The notes beneath the pieces are model-generated. The model worked only from the letters and a program-made list of their open reading frames with translations, had not been told where the DNA came from and made no database searches. This document shows positions 25,823 through 37,721 of a stretch of DNA of 64,000 nucleotides, in pieces; the first letter of the stretch is position 1, and each line of letters opens with the position of its first letter. The stretch comes from Heterodontus francisci (lineage: Eukaryota). The position numbers and the translations under genes are program-made. The stretch covers positions 62,871,654-62,935,653 of the forward strand of contig NC_090371.1 of NCBI RefSeq assembly GCF_036365525.1, given 5' to 3'.

Positions 25823-26544
25823 CCAGATAATTGTGAAGCCTTTACATCTCCTACACATTCTTGGATTCCACATGTAGTGAGAGAGAAAAAAAGACATCTT
25901 TAGTGACAGAATTCAGAAAACTTAACATTAATGCAAATTGCTCAACTAAACTGCAGCTGTCACTTCAATTAAGCTTGAAGAAATATTTAAGACGGACTGT
26001 AATTTATTATATCTTCAGTCTACCACTGAACTGTATTGCACTCTTTCCGCTCAAGTTTCAACATCCTTTAGCTGTATCCTATGACGGAGAAGAAATTGCT
26101 AGCTACTAAAATTGCCTGCATGGAGTTAAGTTCTCTTTATTTCTACAATTTCTGCTCGAGTCACAGATGGCAGCAAAGTTAGATGAGGTCACCTGAGGCA
26201 TTGGGGAGCAAGAAGGAAAGTAGCAGAGAGCAGGATAGCGACAGCACTTGTGGCACCCGCGACCGTGTAAAGTACAGCACAAGAAAAGTTAGAAGGGGCC
26301 AGAGGAACATCAGGGAACAGGAGCAAGAGTAGCATGGAGCAGGGCGAAAGAACCATTTAAAGTTGGATAAAGGAGCAGGTCAGAGGGAGTAGGCCACAAG
26401 AGTAGGATCATTTAATTTTTTAATTCAATAAAAAAGAGTCGCATGGATGAAGAAAGGAGAGGGGCTTGAGGGAATAGTTGCTCAAAACCAGGAAGATGGC
26501 AGACATTCCAATTTAAGCAGGTTTAGGGGAAATTAATTTTTTTT

Positions 26545-28535
26545 TTTTTAAATCTTTCATGGAATGTCAGTGTCACTGGCAAGAGCCTAACTGTTTGAGA
26601 AGGTTGTGGTGGTCAGCTGCCTTCTTGAACCACTTTAGTCCATGTGGTGTAGGGATATCCATAGTACGCTTAGGGAGAGAGTTCCAGGATTTTGACCCAG
26701 TGACAGTGAAGGAGAGGTGATAGCATTCCAAGTCAGGATAGTGTAACTTGGAAAAAAAGTCGCAGGTGGTAGTGTTCCAATGCGTCTGCTGCCCTTGTTC
26801 TTCTAGATGGTACAGGTTGCAGGTTTTGAAGATGCCGAAGGAGCCTTGGTGAGTTGCACACTGGTGCCACGATGTGGTGAAGGGAGTGAATGTTGAAGGT
26901 GATGGATAGAGTGATCAAGTGGGCTGCTTTGTCCTGCATGGTGTCAAGCTTCTTGAGTGTTGTTGGAGATGTGCTCATCCGGGCAAGTGGAGAGTATTCC
27001 ATCACACTCCTGACTTGTGCCTTGTAGATGATGGTCAAGCTTTGGTGAGTTACTTGCCACAGAATTCCAAGTCTCTGACCTACTCTTGTAGCCACAGTAC
27101 TTCTATGGCTGGTCCAGTTAAGTTTCTGATCAATAGTAACCCGTAGAATGTTAATGGAGGGAGACTCAATGATGGTAATGCTGTTGAAGATCAAGGGGAG
27201 ATGGTTAGATTCTTTGTTGGAGATGACTACTTCCTGATACTTGTGTGGCGCAAATTCTATTTGCCCCTTTTCATCCCAAGCCTGAATGTTGTCCAGGTCT
27301 TGCTCATGCGGACATGGAAAGCTTCAGGTGTTGCGGATAGTACTGAACACTGCGCAGTGAATATCCTACTTCTGATCTTATGACGGAGGAAGGTCACTGA
27401 TGAAGCAGCTAAATATGGCTGGGCCTAGGCCACTACCTTGAGGAACGCCTGCAATGATTTCCTGGGGCTGAGATGATTGGCCTCCAACAACCATAACCAT
27501 CTTCCTTTGTGCTAGGTATAACTCCAACCAGTGGCAAGATTTTCCTGATTCCCACTGACTTCAATTTTGCTAGGGTTCCTTGTGCCACTCTCCATCAAAT
27601 GCTGCCTTGATGTTAAGGGAAGTCACTCTCACCCTACCTCTAGAATTCAGCTCTTCATGTTTAGACCAAGGCTATAAATGAGATCTGGAGCCAAGTGGCC
27701 CGTGGAACCCAAACGGAGCACTGATGAGTAGATTATTGCTGATTAAGTGTCGCTGACAGTGCTATCAAGTGACACCTTCCATCACTTTGCTGATGTTTGG
27801 GAGTAGACTGATGGGCCAGTAATTGGCCAGATTAGATTTGTTCTGCTTTTTTCAGTAAGGACATACCTGGGCAAATTTTCCACATGGTCAGGTAGGTGCC
27901 AGTGTTGTAGCTGTACTGAACAGTTTGGCTAGGGGTGTGGCTAGTTCTGGAGTGCAAGTCTTCAGTATGATGTAGGATGCGGTCAGTGCCAATAAGCTTT
28001 GAAGTATCCAGTGCCTTCAGCTGTTTCTCGCCATCACATGGAGTGAATCGGATTGGCTGAAGACTGGCTTCTGTGATGGTGGGGACCTCCGGAGGAGTCC
28101 AAGGTGGATCATCCACTCATTACTTCTGGGTGAAGATGGTTGTGAATGCTTCAGCCTTTGTGCTGATGTCCTGGGCTCTGTCATCACTAAGGATGGGGAG
28201 GTTTGTGGAGGTTCCTCCTCTGGTTAGTTGTTTAAATGTTCACTACTATTCATGACTGGATGTGGCAGGACTGCACAGCTTTGATCTGATTTGTTGGTTG
28301 TGGGATCACTTGTGTCTATCTGTAACATGCTGCTTCCGCTGTCTAGCATGCATGTAGACATGTAGTCCGGTGTTATAGCTTTACCAGTTTCATATCTTAT
28401 TTTTAGGTATGCCTGGTGCTGCTCCTGGCATGCTCTCCTGCACTCCTCATTGAACAAGGGTTGCTCCCCTGACTTGATGGTAATGGTAGAGTGAGGGATA
28501 TGCCAGGTCATGAGGTAACAGATAGTGGTCATCAA
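26545..28535 (-). mobile_element. CR1-Zenon-like LINE, 5'-truncated
   Basis: INILRVTIDQKLNWTSH, IYKAQVRSVMEYSPLA, LKKLDTMQDKAAHLI, PLFNEECRRACQEQHQAYLK. Confidence 0.85.
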
Positions 28536-28586
28536 CTAAAACAGCTGTTCTGGGATTTATAACAGCTGGACTGGAGGACAGAGGAT

Positions 28587-28797
28587 ACCTGTGGAATTCT
28601 CTACCACAGAAGGTACTGGAGGCCAAGTCATTCAATATATTCAAGGAGATAGATATATTTCTTAATGCCAAAGGGATCAAGGGATATGGGGAGAAAGCGG
28701 GAACAGGGTACAGAATTAGACGATCAACCATGATCTTTTTTGAATGGCAGAGCAGGCCCAAAGGGCCTACTCCTGCTCCCATTTTCTATGTTTCTAG
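28587..28797 (+). mobile_element. CR1 3' terminal fragment
   Basis: tgtggaattctctaccacagaagg...gcctactcctgctcccattttctatgtttcta. Confidence 0.85.
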
Positions 28798-29104
28798 GAT
28801 TCAAGTGAGCGCAGCTGGGAGCTGGGTTGAGGCAAGAAAATTCGAGATGACTCCATCTGCAGCATAGAAAGTATCAGAGGCCAGAAAATGTGAGTGCCTG
28901 AGAGCGATGAGAACTTCAGACAAATAAACTTAAAACTTGCAGTGAGCAGCTAAAATGTAAAAAGAAATTAATGAGAAAAATGTTAACTTACAGTTCAGAG
29001 AGGACGCAAAAGGGAAAGAAACAGAATATTTTCAGATGAAAGCTTTTTAGCTAGGCAGTGAGATGAAGATCTGCAGTGCCATCCAGTGGCAGAAAGCCTG
29101 TTTA

Positions 29105-29565
29105 CATAGAATTACAAAGAATTTACAGCATTGAAACAAGTCATTTGCCAGTATTTAGGCTCCACACAGGCCTCCTCCCACTCTATTTACTACATTGCCT
29201 GATAATGTGGTGGAGGCAGGACTATGGGGAAAGGACAGGGGAGTGGGACTAGCGGAGTTGCACTTGCAGAGAGCCAGCATGGACATGACAGGCCTAATGG
29301 CCTCCTTCTGCACTGCAACCATTCTATGATCCTATTCTATGCTGTCTCACCCCATGAACATACCCTTTCATTCCATTCTCCCTCATGTACTTACCTAGCA
29401 TTCGCTTAAATGCATCCAAGCTAATTGTCTCAACTCCTGTGTCGTAGCAAGTTCCACATTCTCACCACTCTAGTAAAGATGTTACTCCTGAATTCCTGAT
29501 TAGATTTATTAGTGAATATCTTATATTTATGGCCCCACTTTTGGACTCTACCACAAGTGGACACA
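29105..29565. mobile_element. Two nested, opposite-strand CR1 3' fragments
   Basis: A minus-strand 3' end is interrupted at about 29190-29340 by a plus-strand 3' UTR ending attctatgatcctattctat. Confidence 0.65.
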
Positions 29566-30059
29566 GTGTTTACAACGTGGCAGGTTAAGTGTCCATATTG
29601 TTCATATGGATAGTTAATACCAGCCCCTATAAATTATGGCAAACATTGGTGCCAATGCGACTTTCACACTATACGCAGTGGCTGGGGTAACAAATAAATG
29701 ATGGTGTGAAGTAGTGGAGGCAGCAAGAACTCAGGATAACTCTTTTCAGCAAATACAGATTGCGTCTATAGGCAGGCGAGTTAAATGGGCCAGGTGTGCA
29801 CTCTCATCTTAAATAAAGCTGGAATGTGTCATCTCAATCCTTCATTATTTTTTAATTTGGATCATTGTTAACCCCAAACTTTTCCATGAAGTAAAAAAAA
29901 AATTGGCCTATGTAACGTCTTTCAATAGTTTAAACCAAAGTCACAATGCATCCAACTCAACAAGCCAGAGTTCTCTAGGCTGCCGGGGAGTTTAGGATTT
30001 AAATGACCGGTAGTGGAGTGGCAGGACCAGTTGTTTGAACTGCCCAAAATAGCAAGTCT

Positions 30060-31322
30060 ATTAAATATAGTTTAAGTGGCACCCTTATAATTGATGCCTT
30101 TGGTAATAGAAAATGGTGAGAACAGTTAGCCAGATATGTGGCTGTCTGGGATAAATGGGATGGTGTAAGCCAGGGGCCGTCAACATTTTCTTTAGTGACA
30201 AAGAAAAAAAAACGTGTTTGCTGACACCCCACCATGAGGTGGCGGACTACTCGCGCATGCACAAATGAAAGAAACATCACTGCAACATCTCAGGCAGCTG
30301 CCAGTAATAAAGATGGCGCAGCTCAATTTGGCACAAAAGGCAAGCAAACCCTGTTCGCCCATAACCACTTTTCTTCATCTCCCACCTCTCTCCAGCCTCC
30401 TTGCTGCCCCCCACCTCGCCAGTAGTCTCGTTTTCCCCATCCTTCATGCCGCTGGCTGCTGCCTGCTTGAATGCACCCTCGTCGCTTGCCCCTCTCCACC
30501 CACTGCCACTCCCCTGCTCGCTCACTCCCTTGCATATCGCCACTGGACCCCTGCTTGCTGCTAGGCACTTGCTCACCCACTTGTGCTCCTTTGCTGCTCA
30601 GCACCTCCCACACACTGCTCCCTCCCTGTTGAACCTCTACTCACTGCTGGCTCCCTCGCAGTTTCGACACCCCCCAACAGCTTGGTGCCCCCCCCTTGCC
30701 ACTGAATCCCTCGTCACTTGCCACATCCATTTGGTGCTCCCTCAGCATTCGCTGCTCGGCCCCCCGCTAGTCACTCCCGCGCCGCTGGGCCCCCTGCTCG
30801 CTGTTGCCTGTTACTGTTTTGATATCAGTGCGCATGATGTCAGGATGCTGCGTGGTATTAATGCTGGCAGGATGTTGTTGTTAGATCTTTATGCGAGCTA
30901 CTCAAAGGTCGCGTGAGCTACAAGTAGCACGTGCTCGATGTGTTGGTGACCCTGGTGTAAGCATTGGGGACTGTATAGGAATTCCCAATAGAAATATTTA
31001 CATGTTAAATGCAATGCTACTAAACTATGACGCAAAAAGAAAGAGTAATGTGCTTAGGATATGCACAACATATGCAAGACTTTTAATAGCATTTAAGTAG
31101 ATACAAGTTAATGGTAGATTACAAAAATAAAAAAAAAAACTTTTACAAAGGGGTAGAAGGGCAGATGTTATGTTACAGTTATATAAAGGTCTAGACAGAC
31201 TTGCACCTGCAGCACTGTTCAGTTCTGGGCACTGCACCTCAAGAATGTGATAATGTACTTGGGGCGCAGCAGAGTCACCAGAATAGTGGGGCTGAAAGGA
31301 TTAGATTACGAAGACAGGTTTA
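30060..31322 (+). mobile_element. Old CR1 3' fragment hosting the hAT element
   Basis: MLQLYKGL.R..LQHCSV-like segment at 31170-31230 and LDYEDR at about 31305. Confidence 0.6.
30171..30954. mobile_element. Non-autonomous hAT (Charlie-type) element
   Basis: Exact 8-bp TSD GTGTAAGC (30163-30170, 30955-30962); imperfect TIRs CAGGGGCCGTCAACA / TGTTGGTGACCCTG; C-rich low-complexity interior. Confidence 0.88.
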
Positions 31323-32449
31323 TAGAATCATACAAAAAGTTAACAGCACAAAAGGCCATTCAGTCGGTCATGTCCGTGCCAGCTCTCTGCAAGTGCAACT
31401 CAGCTAGTCCCGCTCCCCTGCCTTTTCCCTGCAGCCTGGCAAATGTTCTTTCTTCAGATAATTATGCAGTTCCCATTTGAAAGTCACAATTTAATCAGCC
31501 TCCAAGATGCTCTCAGACAGTGCATACTGGATCCGAACAACTCGCTGCGTAAAAACTTTTTCCTCATATGGTCTTTGGTTCTCTTGCCAATCACCTTAAA
31601 TCGGTGTCCTCTGGTTTTCAACCCTTCAAATGGGGCTAGCTACTTTGTCCAGACCCTCATTATTTTGAACACCTCTATCAAATCTCGTCTCAGCCTCCCC
31701 TTCCTTCAGGAAAACAGCCCATGTTCCACAATCTATTCACTTACCTGAAGTCCAGCATCCCTGGAACCATTCTCGTAAATCTTTTCTGCACCCTCTCCAA
31801 TGCCTTCACATCCTTCCTAATGTGTGGTGTGCAGAATTGGATACAATACTGTACTCCAGGCCAAACCAGTGCTTTATAAAAAAGGTTCACCAGAACTTCC
31901 TTGCTTTTGTAATCTATGCCTCGATTTATGAAGTCCAGGATGCCATATGCCTTGATTAACCACTTTCTCAACCTGCCCTTCAACGATTTGTGCCCATACA
32001 CCCCCCAGCGCTCTGCTCCTGCACCCCCTTTAGAATTGTATTATTTACATTGCCTCGTCATTCTTCCTTCCAAAATATATCACTACACACTTCTCTGCAT
32101 TAAATTTCATCTGCCGCATGTCTGCCCATTCTTCCAGCCTGTCTATGTCCTCTTGAAATCTATCATGGTCCTTCTCACTGCTCATGATACTTCCAGGTTT
32201 TGTGTCATCTGCACATTTTGAAATTGTGCCTTGCACACCCAAGTTCAGGACATTAATATCAATCAAAAGAAGAAATAGTCCCAATACCGACTGCTGGAGA
32301 ACGCAGCTATATACCTTCTTCCAGTCTGAAAAACAACTGTTCACCACTACTGTTTCCTGTCATGCAGCCAATTTCCTATCCATGCCACTGTCCCTTTTAT
32401 TCCATGGGCTTCAACATTGCAGACAAGCATGTTATGTGTTACTTTATCA

Positions 32450-34262
32450 GATCAGATCCAAGCTCTACAGTCCTGCCACATCCATCCATGAATGGTGGTG
32501 GACAATTAAAAAAAACTGACAGGAGGTGGCAGCTCCACAAAATATCCCCATCCTCAATGATGGGGGAGCCCAGCACATCAATGCAAAAGACAAGGCTAAA
32601 GCATTTGCATCCATCTTCAACCAGAAGTGCCAAGTGGATGATCCATCTTCATCCTCCTAAGGTCCCCAGCATCACAGATGCCAGTCTTCAGCTAATCTGA
32701 TTCACTCCACATGATATCAAGAAAAGGCTGAAGGCACTGGATACTGCAAAGGCTATGGACCCCGACAACATTCCAGCAATGGTACTGAAGAGTTGTACTC
32801 CAGAACTAGCCGCACACCTAGCCAAGCTGTTCCAGTACACTACAACACTGGCATCTACCCGGCAATGAGGAAAATTGTCCAGGTTTGTCTTTTGCACAAA
32901 AAGCAGAACAACTCCAACCAGACCAATTACCGCCCTAATAGTCTGCTCTCGATCATTGGCAAAGCAATGGAAGGGGTCATTGACAGTTATGAAGCAGTAC
33001 TTGCTCAGCAATAACCTGCTCACTGACACTCAGTTTGGGTTCCACGAAGACCACTCAGCTCCTGACCTCATTACATCCTTGGTCCAAACATGGACAAAAG
33101 AGCTGAACTCCAGAGGTGAGGTCAGAGTAACTGCCCTCGACATCAAGGCAGCATTTGACCGTGAATGGCATCGAGGAGTAAAACTGGAGTCAATCGGTAT
33201 TGGGGGAAATCTCTCTGCTGGTTGGAGTCACACCTATCACAAAGGAAGATGGGTGTGGTTGTTGGAGGTCAATCATCTCAGTCCCACATCACTGCAGGAG
33301 TTCCTCAGAATAATGTCCAGGCCCAACCATCTTCAGCTGCTTCATCAATGACCTTCTCTCCACCATAAAAAGGTCAGAAGTGGGGATGTTTACTGTTGAT
33401 TGCACAATGTTGAGCATCATTCGCGACTCCTCAGATACTGAAGCAGCCCATGTCCAACATCCAGGCGTGGGCTGATAAGTGGCAAGTAACATTCGCACCA
33501 CACAAGTGCCAAGCAATGAACATCTCAAACAAGAGAAAAATCTAACCATCTCCCCTTGACATTCAATGGCATTACGATCGCTGATTTCCCCCACTAAAAT
33601 CCTGGGGGTCACCATTGACCAGAAACTGAACTGGACCAGCCACAAATGCTGTGGCTACAACAGCAGGTCAGAGGCTGGAAATTCTGTGGTGAATAACTCC
33701 CCTACTGTCTCCCCAATGCTCATCCACCATCTACAAGACACAAGTTAGGAGTGTGATGGAATACACTCCACTTGCCTGGATGGGTGCAGCTCAACAACAC
33801 TCAAGAAGCTAGACACCATCCAGGACAAAGCAGCCTGCTTGATTGGCACCCCATCCACCACCCTCAACATTCATTTGCTCGACCACCGACGCACAGTGGC
33901 AACAATGTGCATCATCTACAAGATGCACTGCAGCAACTCACCAAGGCTCCTTCGACGCCACCTTCCAAACCTGCGACTTCTACCACACAGGACAAGGGCA
34001 GCAGATGCATGGGAACACCACCACCTGCAAGTTCCCCTCCAAGCCACACACCATCCTGACTTGGAGCTATATCGCTGTTCCTTCACTGTTGCTGGGTCAA
34101 AATCTTGCAACTCCCTTCTTAACAGCACTGTGGGTGTACATACACCCAAAGGACTGCAGTGGTTCAAGGCAGCAACTCACCAGCACCTTCTCAAGGGCAA
34201 TTAGGGATGGGCAATAAATTCTAGTCTAGCCAGCGATGCCCACATCCCTCAAAATGAAATTA
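32450..34262 (+). mobile_element. CR1-Zenon-like LINE, nested
   Basis: QFGFHEDHSAPDL...VTALDIKAAFDR; HRRTVATMCIIYKMHCSNSPRLL...HLLKGN*. Confidence 0.88.
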
Positions 34263-34727
34263 AAAATGTCTTCTGGATGTACTCCACATTAGTCACATTA
34301 AGCTCATCAATCCACTCTGCTACCTAATCAAAAAGCAGAAATTAGCTACACGACTTGACCTTAACAAATCCATGCTGGCTTTCTTTAATTAGTCCACATT
34401 TGCCCAAATGAGAATTAATTTTATCCCACATTATAGTTTCCAAAAGCTTTCCCACCACTGTGGTTAAATTGACCTCCCTGTGTTCACTGGCTTCTTATAC
34501 CCTTTTTGAACAAAGGTGTAACATTTCCAATTCTCCAGTCCTGACACCAACCCTAGATCTAAGCAGGATTGGAAGATTATGGTCAGTGCCTCTGCAATTT
34601 CCACCCTTACTTCCCTCAGTATCCTCAGCTGCAACTGATCCAGTCCTGTTGACTTATCAACTTTAAGTAAAGCCAGCCTTTTTAATACCTCTTCTCTATC
34701 AATTATTAGCCTATCCAGTGTCCATTT

Positions 34728-35088
34728 CTTAGTTTAGTTTAGAGATACAACACTGAAACAGGCCCTTCGGCCCACCGAGTCTGTGCCGACCATCAACCAC
34801 CCATTTATACGAATCCTACACTAATCCCATATTTCTACCACATCCCCACCTTCCCTATATTCCCCTACCACCTACCTATACTAGGGGCAATTTATAATGG
34901 CCAATTTACTTAACAACCTTGGCTTGTGGGAGGACACCGGAGCACCCGGAGAAAACCCACGCAGACACAGGGAGAACTTGCAAACTTCACACAGGCAGTA
35001 CCCAGAATTGAACCCGGGTCACTGGAGCTGTGAGGCTGCGGTGCTAACCACTGCACCACTGTGCTGCCCATTGCGCCACTGTGCCGCC
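34728..35088 (-). mobile_element. V-SINE (HE1-like)
   Basis: Full head, V-domain and tail; the 5' ~20 nt are tandemly duplicated. Confidence 0.92.
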
Positions 35089-36859
35089 CTTTCTTCCACA
35101 AAGACTTTGCATCTGTTTTTACCAAGGAGGATGCTGCCAAAGTACTCATTTAGTGCCTCAGCCATGCCCTCTGCCTCCTTGCATAAATCCCCTTTTGGTC
35201 CTTTATTGGCTGCAATCCTCCTTTTCCACATTTTACTATTTATATGCCTGTACAAGACTTTTGGATTCCCTTCTATGTTAGCTGCCAGTCTCTTCTCATA
35301 CTCTTTGTTCCTCATTTCTTTATTCACTCCCCTTTGAACTTTATATATTCTTATTGGTTCTTATTTGTATTGTCCACCTGACATCTGTCACCATCTTTCT
35401 GCTTCACTTACTCTCTTTCGTCATCCAGGGAGCTCTTGTTTTGCTTGCCTCATCTTTCATTCTTGTGGAAAGGTACCTCGAGAGTACCTGAACCATCCCT
35501 TCTTCAAAAGCAGCCCATTGTTCAGTTAGGGTTGCCTCCGAATCTTTGATTCTTATTTACCAAGGCCAGATCTGTGCTCACCCCATTGAAATTGGCCCTC
35601 CCCCAATTAGTTATTTTTACACTGGATTGTTCCTTGACATTTCCTATAGCTAACCTAAACCTCATCATACTATAATTACTGTCCCTTACAAGTTCCCCTA
35701 CGGACACTTAATCCACTTGACCCACCTCATTTCCCAGAACCAGATCCAGTAATACCTCCTTCCTCATCAGACTGGCAACATACTGATCTAGAAAATCATG
35801 CTTTAGAAACTCTTCGCCCTCTCTGCCCTTTACACTATTACTATCTCAGATCTATATTAGGATAATTAAACTCCCCCCTATTATAACTACTCTATATAGT
35901 TTCTGCACCTCTCTAATTTCCTTGCAAATTTGTTCCTCTATCTTTACCACTAGTTGGTGTCTGATAGAATACACTCAGTCGTGAAACGGTACTTCAATTG
36001 TTTCTTAGCTCTGACCAAATAGATTCTATCCTTCACTTCTCTTGGACATCCTCTGTCCCACAATAATATTTTCCTTTATCAATACTGCTACTCCTTGCCT
36101 TTTCTTTCCTGAAAACCTTGTATTCAGGAATATTTAGTACTCAGTCCTGTTCTTTATTGAGCCAGTCTGTTGTCGCCGCATCATATACCCACATGGCTAC
36201 CTGCACCTGCAGCTCAGTAGTTTATTTACCACATACATGCATTGTAAACCTAATTTAGGCCTTATTGCATTTCATCTTACTCTGACCCCACCTAATCCTT
36301 TATCATTTCTTATTCTAGTGCTATCTGTCTTTTGTACACCTTGGTTTTCCTCTCTAATGTTACTTACTGGTTCCCATTCCCTTACCAAGTTAATTTAAAT
36401 CCTCCCCAATAGCAAGGACATTGCTCCCAGCTCTGTTCAAGTGCAACCCTTCTGGCCTGTACGGGTCCCATCTCCCCCCCGCCCCCCCCAGAACTGAATC
36501 AATGACCCAGGAATCTCCCTTCTGCACAATCTCTCCAGCCACACTTTCATCTGCTCTGTCCTCCTAATTCTACACTCATTAGCACATAGCACTGGGAGTA
36601 ATCCAGAGATTACGACCCATGAAGTCCTTCTTGCTCATTTCTTTCCCAGCTCCCTAAAATCTGCCTGCAGGAGCTCATCCCTCTTTCTACATATATCATT
36701 GGTACCGATATAGACCACAACCACTGGCTGTTCAGCCTTCCCCAATCAGCGTTCTCTGCATCCGCTCAGTGACACCTGAACCCTGGCACCAGGGAAGCAG
36801 CATACCAGGTTGAACAGACCAGGTTTATATCCCGTTTATTATAGAAAATCAAGAGTTGA

Positions 36860-37200
36860 TTTAATTGAGGTTTTTTATGGTGATTAAAAAGATTTGACGA
36901 GGTAGATAGAAAGAGATGATTTTCTCTGGTGAGGGAATCCCGAACAAGAGGCATAATCTTAATTAGAGCTGGGTCATTTAAGAGGGAAAGCAAGAAGCAC
37001 TTTTTCCAGACAAAGAGTATTCGAAAACAGGAGCTTGCTCAGCCAAGAGATGTGGATTCTGGGTTAATTGAAATTTTCAAGACTGAGATCAACAGAGGGA
37101 TATGGAGCAAAACGGTTGAAGTACAGACCAGTCATGATTTAAATGAATGACAGAACAAGTTTGAGGGGCCAAATGGCCTTCTCCTGTTCTTATGTTCCTA
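36860..37200 (+). mobile_element. CR1 3' fragment
   Basis: RESRTRG; tail ggccttctcctgttcttatgttccta. Confidence 0.75.
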
Positions 37201-37534
37201 TTCCAGCATTGGAGGCATTGTAGACGAGAGCCACAAGACTGACCCCCAGAATCAGGGGGTCTGAACTATGAGGAAAGACTAGCAAGGCTCAGGCTTTTCC
37301 GTGTGGAAAGGAAGTGCTTGTGAGATGAACTTAGTGGCATATAACTCTGTTAAGGCTATAGAAAAAAGTTAACCCAAAATATTATTTCAAGTTAAATAGT
37401 GGGAGTAGAACAAAGGACAAAGGTTCAAACTAGTAAAAGGTAATGTTAGGACTGTTAACAGGATTTTTTCCTTCACATTAAGTGATTGTTGATAATTGGA
37501 TAGAATTGCCATGGAACACAAAAAACACACTTGC

Positions 37535-37721
37535 CTTCTATCAGCTGGTCATAAAAATGAGGTTCCAATGCACCAACAGCCATATACTTTCCATCAGAAG
37601 TCCTGTAGGTTTCATAGAATGGTGCTCCGGTGTCCAGTAGGTTTTCACCTCTTTGCCGATTCCAAATACTCAATTGTTCGGATTTCCAAAGCCAGGAGCT
37701 ACAGTAAGCTGCTCCTTCAAC
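37535..37721 (-). CDS. AMACR: AMACR coding exon 4 (GC donor)
   Basis: Acceptor tgtttgtcag|GTT; [14 protein letters not shown]...[39 protein letters not shown]; the exon ends at AAG|GCAAGT, giving 187 nt. Confidence 0.93.

Larger units (their letters stand above)
31323..36810 (-). mobile_element. Long CR1 LINE (ORF1 esterase end to 3' UTR), interrupted by a Zenon-like LINE and a V-SINE
   Basis: [44 protein letters not shown], and GLHLN (esterase) about 36440. Confidence 0.85.

Noticed and set aside
30401-30916. 171-aa Pro/Leu-rich ORF
   Set aside because: Product of the low-complexity interior of the hAT MITE.
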